From: a virus
Lineage: Duplodnaviria; Caudoviricetes
DNA: 26,255 nucleotides
Virus record (IMG/VR): IMGVR_UViG_3300025595_000016
Span: 1 to 26,255 of that record
Reading direction: 5' to 3' (one strand)
This document shows, one piece after another, positions 18,401-26,255 of the stretch. Position 1 is the stretch's first letter. Every line of letters begins with the position of its first letter. The notes below the pieces were generated by a model. That model worked only from the letters and a program-made list of their open reading frames with translations, had not been told where the DNA came from and searched no databases. The position numbers were made by a program, and so were the translations under genes.

Positions 18401-19773
18401 CCGATCAATTAACCACAACAACAAGTTCAGTTACTTGGAGTGCATCTACAAATACGTTAGTTGGTGGATATGGCGGCAATGGATCAAGGACGGCTGTACT
18501 TCGTCTTTATCAATGGGCATCATCAGGGCCAACAGTTTTTCCATCGGGGACATCAACTTACACTTGGGCAACTTCGGCATTTACTAACCCAGCCACTTTA
18601 AATAGTTGGACGCAAACCCCTGGCACCGGAGCCACTGGACAAAGCCTTTACCAAACCGCGCAAATATTTGTTGACTCATTAACCACAGCAACAAGTACCG
18701 TTACTTGGAGTGCAAGTACATCAATTATTGTTGGTTCTGCGGGAACAACGGGGGCAACCGGAGCAACAGGATCAGCAGGAGCAACGGGTGCAACTGGAAA
18801 CAGTGCAGTTATATGCTATGCACTTTATACGGGTAACCCAACAGTTACTGGCGCTGCGGTAGTTAAATCTGGTGCAACTTTGCCGGCAACAACGGACTTT
18901 AGTCCTACATCAGCAACAGCGTTTACATCTACGGTTCAAACGCCAGGGGCAGGACAAGCAATGTTTCAAAGCGATGGTATTTACAATGCCGTTGCGAACA
19001 CAACCACTTGGAATACACCTTATTTATCTAATCTAAAAGTTGCCAACTTATCTGCTATTACTGCGGATATGGGCTCAATTACTGCTGGAAACATTACATT
19101 AGATACATCAGGATTTATTCGTGGAGGCCAAACGGCATACGCAACAGGCAATGGATTTTTCCTTGGATATTCTAGTACTGCTTATAAATTCTCAATTGGT
19201 ACATCAACAAGTTATTTAACTTTTGATGGAACAAATCTTACCCTTGGTGGAAATATTAATACTACGGGTACAGCAACTTTTGGTGGACAAACTACTTATA
19301 GTGGCATTACTTATGCGGCTGTATTTAATACTTCTTACGCATCTACACGGGGATTAACTGGATATGCAAGAAGCACATCAGGGAATCAAGAGGCTGGCGT
19401 TGAAGGTTATTTGTCATCAACAAGTGCAACAGCAGGATTAGGTAATGCTGGTGTATTGGCAAGAGACATTGGAACAGGCACATTAAGTTCTGGGCTTTAT
19501 GCTGAAAGCTATTTTGGACAAGCTATTTATGCAACATCAATTGCTGGAAAAGCACTTAAATTAGATGGAGTAATGGTTACCAATAACAGCACATTGGTAT
19601 CAAATCTAAATGCTGAACGCTGGAATGGAATACAAGCAGTTACCACAGTTAATAATGGCGTAAGTGGAAGTTTGCCAACTGCTTACCCTCCGGTTACTTT
19701 GACATATAACGCATTAAAATATCTTCAAGTAAATGTTGGCGGTGTAACTGGTTATATTCCAATTTATATTTAA
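15460..19773 (+). CDS. Tail tip / central fibre protein (lambda gpJ-like) with inserted repeat domains
   Basis: LPIVYGDAYLGG, YRVNGVLDT, DAGDVVSL core motifs, LKVANLSAITADMGSITAG coiled-coil junction, then a beta-repeat C-terminus. Confidence 0.86.
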   Translation: MPASIILEAIGAELTGVALAAATFAINFVVSGIVARMFAVDQNSNSSIDNGVRQQVAPATTNSLPIVYGDAYLGGTFVDAVLTIDQKVMYYVMAISSISPNGQFLYNQSTTVNAGSFAVGTIYTITTVGSTNFTLIGASANTVGVTFICTGAGTGSGTATKGNFYYGDRIVTFDATDLTKVVSLTDGAGNVDSKISGNLYINLYTSTDAGVITNVTGTAPSTFMGGSDIATALRWAGTRQMNGLAFAIAKLTYSVEAGTTQLQPITFNVSHYLNNTNAAKPGDVWFDYIGNEAYGGGMLNTTMPTTVAGSFVVGSTYKIAALGTTSFTSIGAVSNNVGVWFTATGAGTGTGTAILSTLINRDSAIALNTYSDATITYTPSTGGSATQVRYRVNGVLDTGQNVLSNIDKIMLACDSWNQYNAASGQWTVVVNRDASSSFSFDDTNVIGEIKTSLIDISNSINQIEASFPNKMNRDQTDVVYLETPTGLLYANEPVNKYSCNFDLVNESVQATYIANRMLEQAREDLIVTINAAYPAIQVDAGDVVSLTNTAYGWNNKLFRAMKVSEISLPDGNLGASLDLSEYNATVYDDGSITQYSPTPNSNLASVQFFSGLNPPVVSTSRPAATVPNFDVQITTPAIGRVTAIGLFYTTVATPSNSDWTILDKFFAPTNGVLANSTTFTFPNMQLPANTYYFGALVLNETGQSAISGVSGSFNWLPSGTVGSQTAQVYLYQWALTTPSSPTGNSTYTWATATNSGYTGGAGWSVTIPTNPGTANYQLWQAGQGITAFAGTATTSVAWAGASITSIAQNGATGTTGANGFRTATLALFQWASSAPTTYPSGSSTYTWATGTFTNPATLNGWTQTPSSGSTGQSLYEIDQIYTDQLTTATSSVTWSATTVFVVGVVGAAGTPGTNGTNGTRTALLPLYQWASSVPTTYPSGSSTYTWATAAFTNPATLNGWTQTPSSGSPGQSLYEVIQIYTDQLTTTTSSVTWSASTNTLVGGYGGNGSRTAVLRLYQWASSGPTVFPSGTSTYTWATSAFTNPATLNSWTQTPGTGATGQSLYQTAQIFVDSLTTATSTVTWSASTSIIVGSAGTTGATGATGSAGATGATGNSAVICYALYTGNPTVTGAAVVKSGATLPATTDFSPTSATAFTSTVQTPGAGQAMFQSDGIYNAVANTTTWNTPYLSNLKVANLSAITADMGSITAGNITLDTSGFIRGGQTAYATGNGFFLGYSSTAYKFSIGTSTSYLTFDGTNLTLGGNINTTGTATFGGQTTYSGITYAAVFNTSYASTRGLTGYARSTSGNQEAGVEGYLSSTSATAGLGNAGVLARDIGTGTLSSGLYAESYFGQAIYATSIAGKALKLDGVMVTNNSTLVSNLNAERWNGIQAVTTVNNGVSGSLPTAYPPVTLTYNALKYLQVNVGGVTGYIPIYI
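15799..16518 (+). repeat. Two dispersed copies of a 46-aa motif in the tip protein (15799-15936 and 16381-16518)
   Basis: AGSFAVGTIY...GAGTGSGTA vs AGSFVVGSTY...GAGTGTGTA; 29/46 identical, ungapped. Confidence 0.9.
17629..18798 (+). repeat. Four tandem 90-99-aa Trp/Thr-rich repeats with Gly-X-Y linkers
   Basis: Units start at about 17629, 17920, 18217 and 18487; each has QW...STYTWAT...W...W. Linkers GATGTTGANG, GAAGTPGTNGTNG, GTTGATGATGSAGATGATG. Confidence 0.92.
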
Positions 19774-19782
19774 GGTGAAATA

Positions 19783-20127
19783 ATGAACTACAAACAAAGT
19801 GATATTACTGGCACTACTTGGACAAGATGCCGTACAGTAACGATTAATAATCCATTGCCAGGCAAAGGATCAATTAACATTGTTACCGGCCAGCCTGTTG
19901 GGCCAAATTGCGTATTTTTGGAAGAAACAGCATTGTCTACCGGAACCGAAATATTGACGTTTGATAGCGGCGGTTGCCAAACAGTTTATGTGCCTGATAG
20001 TGTTATTACCTTGCTTGATCCGACTACCGGCAATCCTACGGGGGAAACAGTAACCCAAGCAAAGTTGTATCAAATCCTATATTCGTTATACTTGGCTACC
20101 GCAACTGCGCGGGATAGTGTAGAATAA
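19783..20127 (+). CDS. Hypothetical protein, possible tail-tip/fibre assembly factor
   Basis: 114 aa with SD AAGGTG, directly after the tip gene. Function inferred from position only. Confidence 0.7.
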   Translation: MNYKQSDITGTTWTRCRTVTINNPLPGKGSINIVTGQPVGPNCVFLEETALSTGTEILTFDSGGCQTVYVPDSVITLLDPTTGNPTGETVTQAKLYQILYSLYLATATARDSVE

Positions 20128-20149
20128 TTTAACAAGACAAGAATCGTAA

Positions 20150-20167
20150 TCCTGCGAGTGCGCGGGG
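20150..20167 (+). promoter_or_regulatory. GC-rich hairpin in the leader of the fibre gene cluster
   Basis: TCCTGCG-AGTG-CGCGGGG pairs (two G-U). No U tract. Lies in the 69-nt gap before TTG 20197. Confidence 0.45.
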
Positions 20168-20196
20168 GGCGTCATCACCCGAGGAAGGGGAACATC

Positions 20197-20682
20197 TTGG
20201 CTATCTTTTCTAAGAATACCCTGGCGCAAGTCAGCGGCTTTTCTAACTCTATCATTGCCGGTGAGTTGGTTTACAACCAAAAAACTTACTGGAATCTTGC
20301 GCTTACCAATACTGCGGGCAATCCTGTTGATTTGACAGGCGCAACTATTGATGCGTCTATCCTCCGTAGATCAGTCACCAACATTGTGGACACTCGCAAT
20401 GGATTGACGTTTGACATTGCTGATTACACGGTATCAACGCCCAGTCCTATTGCTTTGACTATCTCCAATCGGGTAGATGCGTCCGGCACGTTCACAATGT
20501 TGATTGATGAATCAACTTGGAGTGTCGCATCTACTGATACCCAATTAGACATCAATGCAACAAATTGCGTAGGCTTTAGTGGCCGACTCAAAATCTCTTT
20601 TGCCGCCTCGGGTGCAACCCCTGCCGATGACAGCATCATTTTCTTGCTGTTCTTGGTACGTTCGGATGGAGTGACTAACTAA
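20197..20682 (+). CDS. Fibre anchor protein (BppU N-terminal-like domain)
   Basis: WNLALTNTAGNPVDLTGATI motif typical of fibre-attachment domains. TTG 20197 follows the purine-rich SD GAGGAAGGGG; the upstream GTG 20158 extension (RGGRHHPRK) looks non-coding. Confidence 0.68.
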   Translation: MAIFSKNTLAQVSGFSNSIIAGELVYNQKTYWNLALTNTAGNPVDLTGATIDASILRRSVTNIVDTRNGLTFDIADYTVSTPSPIALTISNRVDASGTFTMLIDESTWSVASTDTQLDINATNCVGFSGRLKISFAASGATPADDSIIFLLFLVRSDGVTN

Positions 20683-21485
20683 TGGCTAACATTGTTGCTA
20701 ATGTCGTAGATGGCAATAACATCAATCTAATTGTTACGCCACCGACAACCCAAATTGTCACCATTGATCGTGGATTAGCTGGCCCTACCGGCCCAACTGG
20801 CCCAACAGGTGCTACTGGCCCGCAAGGCCCAACCGGCGCAGGTGTCGCTACGGGTGGAACAACCGGACAAGTATTAGCAAAAGCAAGCAATGCCAACTAT
20901 GACACCACTTGGATTTCTGCGGGTGGTACAGGTACTGTTACCAATATTGCAACAGGAACTGGTTTAACTGGTGGCCCAATTACAACCACTGGAACAATTG
21001 CACTTGCCAATACAGCAGTTTCTGCTGGAAGCTATACATCGGCAAATATTACGGTGGATGCCCAGGGAAGGATTACTGCTGCCGCTAATGGTTCCGGTGG
21101 TGGTGGAACGGGAACGGTTACATCGGTGGCCGCTACTGTGCCATCGTTTCTTTCTATTGCAGGTTCGCCAATTACCACATCAGGTACTTTGGCTATTACT
21201 TATTCCGGCACTGCGCTTCCGATTGCTAATGGTGGCACTGGCGCTACTACAGCCTCCGCTGCGTTGACGGCTCTCGGTGCTTATCCTGCTACTAATCCAT
21301 CAGGATATACAACCACTCAATACGCAACAATTACCGATGACACAATCACTAATGCGGTTCGTTATCCTTTATTTTCAAGTGCAACAAGCGGAAATGTTAC
21401 GTCAGAGTACACAAGTTCTTCAAAGTTTCAATTTAACCCATCTACGGGTGCGTTAACTATTTCCCAACTAATCATTGCACCATAA
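20682..21485 (+). CDS. Tail fibre segment with collagen-like repeat
   Basis: Eight Gly-X-Y triplets at 20772-20843, GGTTGQVLAK...[14 protein letters not shown] and [12 protein letters not shown] fibre motifs. Confidence 0.82.
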   Translation: MANIVANVVDGNNINLIVTPPTTQIVTIDRGLAGPTGPTGPTGATGPQGPTGAGVATGGTTGQVLAKASNANYDTTWISAGGTGTVTNIATGTGLTGGPITTTGTIALANTAVSAGSYTSANITVDAQGRITAAANGSGGGGTGTVTSVAATVPSFLSIAGSPITTSGTLAITYSGTALPIANGGTGATTASAALTALGAYPATNPSGYTTTQYATITDDTITNAVRYPLFSSATSGNVTSEYTSSSKFQFNPSTGALTISQLIIAP

Positions 21486-21494
21486 GGTTGAATC

Positions 21495-24400
21495 ATGGGA
21501 AAAATTACATTTCAAGCGGCGGCAGGTGGAACGGCAGATTTAGTTGGCCCAAATACGGCAACTGCGGTAACACTTAATTTGCCTGCAACATCGGGAACCA
21601 TTGTTGGGACAGGATCAACAGGTGTAGTTACTGATGCAATGATTTCTGGCCCTATTTCGGTGGCTAAAGGTGGCACGGGCGTAACGACTTCTACTGGTAC
21701 GGGTTCTACTGTTTTAAATACTTCGCCGACTTTTGTTACCCCAGCTTTGGGAACACCGGCATCGGGTGTGCTGACAAATACAACCGGCCTTCCATTGACT
21801 ACCGGCGTTACCGGAATCCTTCCCATAGCAAATGGAGGTTCTGGTACGGCTACTCCTGCCTTAGTAGCGGGAACCAATGTCAGCATTACGGGGACTTGGC
21901 CCAATCAAACTATTAATGCAACTGGTGCTGTTACACAAATTATTGCAGGAACCAATGTCACCATTTCTCCTACAGGTGGAACCGGCGCTGTAACCATTAA
22001 CGCAAGTGGCGGTGGTGGTTCTGGTACGGTTACTTCGGTGGCTACCGGCACAGGCTTAACGGGTGGCCCAATTACTACAACGGGAACAGTGGCTCTTGCC
22101 AACACTGCTGTAACGCCTGGAACCTACACCGCTGCCAATATCACCGTAGACGCTCAAGGGCGCATTACAGCGGCTGCAAATGGCTCTGGTGGTGGTGGCG
22201 GTACTGTTACTTCGGTTGCAGCAACTGTTCCGGCATTCTTATCGGTTACAGGTAGTCCAATTACTACCGCTGGAACATTGGCTATTGGTTATTCGGGAAC
22301 TGCTTTGCCTTTGGCTAACGGTGGAACAAATGCCACAACCGCCCAAGGCGCTATCAATACTTTGGCTGGCGCTACGACTTCCGGCTCTTACCTTCGTGGT
22401 AATGGCTCAAACGTAGTGATGTCTACGATACAAGCTGCTGATGTCCCAACGCTTAATCAAAACACTACCGGCACGGCTGCAAATGTAACTGGTACGGTGG
22501 CAATTGCAAATGGCGGCACTGGTGCGATTACAGCTTCTGCGGCGCTTACCGTCCTTGGTGCTTATCCAGCTACCAATCCATCGGGATATGGAACTGGAAC
22601 GGTTACTTCGGTTGCTGCATTGACTTTAGGCACAACCGGAACTGATGCTTCATCATCGGTGGCAACAGGCACAACAACGCCGGTAATAACTCTTAATTTG
22701 CCATCATCATCTGCAACAAATCGTGGACTGCTTACCGCCGCCGATTGGACTACTTTTAATAACAAGGGAACGGTTACATCTGTTACTGGAACAAGCCCTG
22801 TTGTTTCTAGCGGTGGTGCAACCCCTGCAATTAGTCTTGCAGCATCGTATGGCGATACACAAAACCCGTTCGCATCTAAGATTGCTAATTACATCCTAGC
22901 TGCGCCTAATGGAATTGCTGGTGTTCCAACATTTCGCGCTATTGTGGCGGCGGATATTCCTACATTAAATCAAAATACTACTGGAACGGCGGCTAATGTC
23001 ACGGCGACTACTAATAGCACCATCACAACATTAAGCGCTTTAAGTCTGCCTGGTTCTCAAGTATCTGGCAACATTAGCGGCAATGCGGCCAATGTGACGG
23101 GAACGGTGGCTATCGCAAATGGCGGAACCGGAGCAACTAGCGCAGCGGCTGCACTTACTGCTTTGGGCGCATATCCCGCATCTAATCCTTCTGGATATAC
23201 ATCAAACACTGGAACGGTTACTAGTGTTGCACTTTCTGGCGGAACAACTGGATTAACTACATCTGGTGGCCCAATTACAACATCAGGAACAGTTACTCTT
23301 GCTGGTACTCTTGCAATTGCTAATGGAGGCTCTGGGGCCACTACTGCCCAAGGCGGCATAAATGCTTTTGCTGGTGCAGTTACTTCTGGTTCTTATTTGC
23401 GTGGCAATGGCACAAATGTAGTGATGTCCACAATTCAAGCCGCTGATGTTCCTACCTTAAATCAAAATACAACAGGAACCGCTGCAAATGTAACTGGTAC
23501 TGTTGCTATTGCAAATGGTGGTACGGGGGCAACTACTGCGGCTGCTGCGCTTACAGCACTTGGTGCTTATCCAGCTACCAATCCATCAGGATATGGAACA
23601 GGAACAGTTACTTCAGTAGCAGCATTAACTTTAGGTACAACCGGAACTGATGTTTCATCTTCGGTTGCTACCGGAACAACAACTCCTGTTATTACGCTTA
23701 ATTTGCCATCGGCTTCCGCCACAAATCGTGGATTGCTTACTGCCGCTGATTGGACTACGTTTAATAGCAAAGGAAGTGGAACTGTTACATCAGTCACAGG
23801 TACTGCGCCAATTACTTCTAGTGGCGGAACAACCCCCGCAATTAGCCTTGCTGCATCTTATGGTGACACACAAAACCCGTATGCGTCTAAGACTGCAAAC
23901 TACATTTTGGCTGCGCCTAATGGCACGGCAGGTGTACCGACATTCCGCGCTATTGTTGCCGCTGACATTCCTACGCTGAATCAAAACACTACTGGAACTG
24001 CTGCGAACATCACTGCAACAAGCAATGCCACATTGACTACGTTGAGTGCACTTAGCCTTCCAGGTTCGCAAGTCAGCGGTAATATTTCTGGTAATGCAGC
24101 CAATGTAACTGGAACCGTTGCTATTGCTAATGGTGGCACAGGACAAGCTACTGCTGCTGCTGCTTTTAATGCTTTGTCGCCAGTTACAACTGCTGGTGAT
24201 TTAATTATTGGTAATGGTACAAACAGCGCTACACGATTAGGCATTGGTGCTAATGGATATGTTTTAACTTCAAATGGCACAACGGCCACATGGACGGCTG
24301 CAAGTAGTGGATCGGGAACTGTTACTTCTATTACATTTGGTACTGGCCTTACCGGAGGAACAATCACAACATCCGGAACAGTTGGATTGGCAACAACGGC

Positions 24401-24749
24401 AGTAACAGCGGGAAGTTATACAAGTTCAAATATTACAGTTGATGCGTATGGACGCATTACTGCGGCTTCTAATGGTTCTGGTGGTGGCAGTGCATACACT
24501 CGCACATCTTTTACAGCAACCGCAAGCCAAACGGCATTCACGGTAACTTATGCAGTTGGCTATTTGCAAGTTTATGTAAACGGTGTATTGTTGGCGACTT
24601 CTGACTACACCGCAACAAGCGGTACAGGCTTTACTCTTTCGGTTGGTGCTAACGCAGGCGACATAGTTGAGGCCCTAGTTATTACTACGTCAGTAGTAGG
24701 CATTACAACAGGTAAATCCATTGCAATGGCAATGATCTTTGGTTATTAA
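21495..24749 (+). CDS. Long modular tail fibre protein (1084 aa)
   Basis: Repeated [21 protein letters not shown] and TVDAQGRIT fibre motifs; C-terminal beta domain ([10 protein letters not shown]) and hydrophobic [12 protein letters not shown] end. SD TAAGG. Confidence 0.88.
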   Translation: MGKITFQAAAGGTADLVGPNTATAVTLNLPATSGTIVGTGSTGVVTDAMISGPISVAKGGTGVTTSTGTGSTVLNTSPTFVTPALGTPASGVLTNTTGLPLTTGVTGILPIANGGSGTATPALVAGTNVSITGTWPNQTINATGAVTQIIAGTNVTISPTGGTGAVTINASGGGGSGTVTSVATGTGLTGGPITTTGTVALANTAVTPGTYTAANITVDAQGRITAAANGSGGGGGTVTSVAATVPAFLSVTGSPITTAGTLAIGYSGTALPLANGGTNATTAQGAINTLAGATTSGSYLRGNGSNVVMSTIQAADVPTLNQNTTGTAANVTGTVAIANGGTGAITASAALTVLGAYPATNPSGYGTGTVTSVAALTLGTTGTDASSSVATGTTTPVITLNLPSSSATNRGLLTAADWTTFNNKGTVTSVTGTSPVVSSGGATPAISLAASYGDTQNPFASKIANYILAAPNGIAGVPTFRAIVAADIPTLNQNTTGTAANVTATTNSTITTLSALSLPGSQVSGNISGNAANVTGTVAIANGGTGATSAAAALTALGAYPASNPSGYTSNTGTVTSVALSGGTTGLTTSGGPITTSGTVTLAGTLAIANGGSGATTAQGGINAFAGAVTSGSYLRGNGTNVVMSTIQAADVPTLNQNTTGTAANVTGTVAIANGGTGATTAAAALTALGAYPATNPSGYGTGTVTSVAALTLGTTGTDVSSSVATGTTTPVITLNLPSASATNRGLLTAADWTTFNSKGSGTVTSVTGTAPITSSGGTTPAISLAASYGDTQNPYASKTANYILAAPNGTAGVPTFRAIVAADIPTLNQNTTGTAANITATSNATLTTLSALSLPGSQVSGNISGNAANVTGTVAIANGGTGQATAAAAFNALSPVTTAGDLIIGNGTNSATRLGIGANGYVLTSNGTTATWTAASSGSGTVTSITFGTGLTGGTITTSGTVGLATTAVTAGSYTSSNITVDAYGRITAASNGSGGGSAYTRTSFTATASQTAFTVTYAVGYLQVYVNGVLLATSDYTATSGTGFTLSVGANAGDIVEALVITTSVVGITTGKSIAMAMIFGY
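22314..24143 (+). repeat. Large internal duplication in the long fibre gene (22314-23132 vs 23319-24143)
   Basis: About 273 aa repeated at an offset of 1005-1011 nt, with near-identical protein and many synonymous differences. Confidence 0.93.
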
Positions 24750-24758
24750 GGAAACAAC

Positions 24759-25565
24759 ATGGCTAATCCAAATATTGTTAATGTTACGTCTATTTACGGC
24801 AATACATCGTATTTAATCCCTTCTGCGGCCTCTGTCACAGGCTCTATAGCCACAACTACACTGACAGTCACTGCGGTAGCTTCCGGTGCTATTGCGCCAA
24901 ATCATTTTATTACGGGTACTGGGGTGACTAGCAATACCTACGTCACCAATCAGTTGACGTCCACTAGCACAGCCATCGTCACTGCTACCTTTACGCAGGC
25001 TTCCACTGGGGTAAACACTATTGTTCTGAGCACCTATACGGTGGGCACCTCGGCTTCTGTTTTAGTTGGGCAGTTTGTGCAGCCTATTTCTGGTATCCCC
25101 GCCAACACGTATGTAACTGCGTTTAACCCGACAACCAACACAATCACAATCAGCAACGTCACAACCGGCGCAGTTAGTGGGTCGGCAAGTTTATATACGG
25201 CGGGGCAAGCTGGAACATACACAGTCAATAACTCGCAAACCGTATCCTCCACAACTATTACTTTGGGCGGCATGATCTGGACTGCGCTTACTCCAGCTAC
25301 TAACACAGTAAATAAAATTGACAACATTGTTGCAGCTAATATTAGTGGTTCTGTTGCGACAATTACTGTTTCTATAAATAATCTTGCTGGAGGTTTGGGT
25401 ACTAACTATAGATTAATTTATCAAATTCCTGTTCCTGTTAATGCTTCAATTATTGTAGTAGATAAAAGCACCGCATTTTATCTTGGAGAAACACAATCTA
25501 TTGTAGTTACATCTGGCACAGCAGCAGCTATTGAATTGACTGCATCTTATGAGGCGATAACATAA
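24759..25565 (+). CDS. Fibre-associated beta-rich virion protein (possible fibre-tip adaptor)
   Basis: 268 aa, SD TAAGGA, Thr/Val-rich, between the long fibre and the glycine-rich ORF. Confidence 0.75.
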   Translation: MANPNIVNVTSIYGNTSYLIPSAASVTGSIATTTLTVTAVASGAIAPNHFITGTGVTSNTYVTNQLTSTSTAIVTATFTQASTGVNTIVLSTYTVGTSASVLVGQFVQPISGIPANTYVTAFNPTTNTITISNVTTGAVSGSASLYTAGQAGTYTVNNSQTVSSTTITLGGMIWTALTPATNTVNKIDNIVAANISGSVATITVSINNLAGGLGTNYRLIYQIPVPVNASIIVVDKSTAFYLGETQSIVVTSGTAAAIELTASYEAIT

Positions 25566-26255
25566 TGTCTCAGCGGTTTTTAGGAAATGTGTTTTCCGCC
25601 ACTCAAGGATCGTCAAACGTAGCCGCTGCAATAGGCTTATGGGATTTAACAGATCAATCACAATCACAAGGGGCTGGGAATTGGCCGACTTCAAACTTCG
25701 CTGCTAATTTATTAATAGTTGCTGGTGGTGCTAGTGGTGGAGCATCAGATGGCGGTGGAGGGGGCGCAGGCGGTTTAATATCTGCAATAATAACTCCAGT
25801 AGTATCAACTACATATAATATTGTTGTTGGATCAGGCGGTGCAGCAGTTGTATATAACGCAACACCACCATATTCACCAGGACTTGCTGGAAACAATAGT
25901 TCTTTTATTGGCGGAAGCATATCATCAACCGCAATTGGCGGGGGTTTTGGCGGTAAATATACTGCAAATGGTGGAAATGGCGGTTCTGGTGGAGGTGCTG
26001 GGTCTAGTATTACAGATAGTTCTTCTGGATATACTCTTGGCGGAACCGCAACATCTGGGCAAGGTAATGCTGGAGGCCGAGGATATAGAAACGGAACTTA
26101 TTATTTTGGTGGCGGCGGCGGTGGGGCAGGCGGCGCTGGAACTAATGGAAATCCTTATGTTTCTTTAACAACTGGGGGCAATGGTGGAACTGGAATTGCA
26201 AATCCAATAGTAGGTTCTACTACGGGGCAATTAATTTCTACTACATACTGGCTTG
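25565..26255 (+). CDS. Glycine-rich adhesin-like protein, partial (runs off the window)
   Basis: ATG at 25565 overlaps the previous stop (TAATG). Open to the window end: MSQRFLGNVFS...GLWDL...NWP...LIVAGGASGG...GGGGGAGG...VGSGG...GQGNAGG. Not in the ORF track because it has no stop. Confidence 0.85.
   Translation, partial: MSQRFLGNVFSATQGSSNVAAAIGLWDLTDQSQSQGAGNWPTSNFAANLLIVAGGASGGASDGGGGGAGGLISAIITPVVSTTYNIVVGSGGAAVVYNATPPYSPGLAGNNSSFIGGSISSTAIGGGFGGKYTANGGNGGSGGGAGSSITDSSSGYTLGGTATSGQGNAGGRGYRNGTYYFGGGGGGAGGAGTNGNPYVSLTTGGNGGTGIANPIVGSTTGQLISTTYWL

Larger units (their letters stand above)
1..26255 (+). mobile_element. Tailed dsDNA bacteriophage (or prophage) head-tail morphogenesis region, HK97/lambda-like siphovirus organisation
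   Basis: Colinear terminase-portal-protease-capsid-connector-tube-chaperone-tape measure-tip-fibre order. No sheath gene. No host genes in the window. Confidence 0.97.

Noticed and set aside
20150-20167. Hairpin as intrinsic terminator
   Set aside because: No U tract follows on either strand. Kept only as a possible leader structure.
20158-20196. GTG start for the fibre anchor gene
   Set aside because: Lies inside the hairpin, lacks an SD and encodes an atypical basic peptide. The SD fits TTG 20197.
21512-24367. Many minus-strand Val/Pro-rich ORFs in the fibre region
   Set aside because: Mirror frames of Gly/Thr/Ala codons (GGN/ACN read as Pro/Val-rich on the other strand). Not independent genes.
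17629-24480. Repeats as CRISPR array, DGR template/variable repeat or invertible shufflon
   Set aside because: Repeats are in-frame coding with third-position differences of all kinds, not adenine-specific. No spacers, reverse transcriptase, invertase or inverted crossover sites seen in the window.
25821-26168. 115-aa plus-strand ORF in the track
   Set aside because: Alternate frame inside the glycine-rich ORF starting at 25565, which has a coupled start and coherent motifs.
35-26255. Alternative genetic code or stop-codon reassignment
   Set aside because: Genes are full length under the standard code, and TAA, TAG and TGA each end genes at sensible boundaries.

Overview
The whole window is the virion morphogenesis module of an HK97/lambda-like long-tailed (siphovirus-type) dsDNA phage. 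All genes are on the + strand and tightly packed. Order: small and large terminase, portal, prohead protease, major capsid protein, an intrinsic terminator, a second full HK97-fold capsid paralogue, head-tail connector, head closure, tail terminator, two tandem tail-tube paralogues, two small unknown ORFs, tail assembly chaperone with a -1 frameshift site, a displaced HK97 gp10-like gene, tape measure, distal-tail and hub proteins, a GNAT acetyltransferase, a 1437-aa gpJ-like tip protein with inserted repeat domains, and a chain of Thr/Gly-rich fibre genes. The chain ends in a glycine-rich adhesin-like ORF that runs off the window and is missing from the ORF track. Most notable: both lattice-forming proteins (capsid and tail tube) are duplicated and intact, suggesting a hetero-subunit virion whose capsid ratio may be set by the terminator. 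Also notable are a GNAT in the lambda K/I slot, a modular multi-gene fibre with possible docking termini, and tandem DnaA boxes upstream of terS. No integrase, lysis, replication, tRNA or CRISPR features are visible. Products were assigned by eye from motifs and synteny; no database searches were run.
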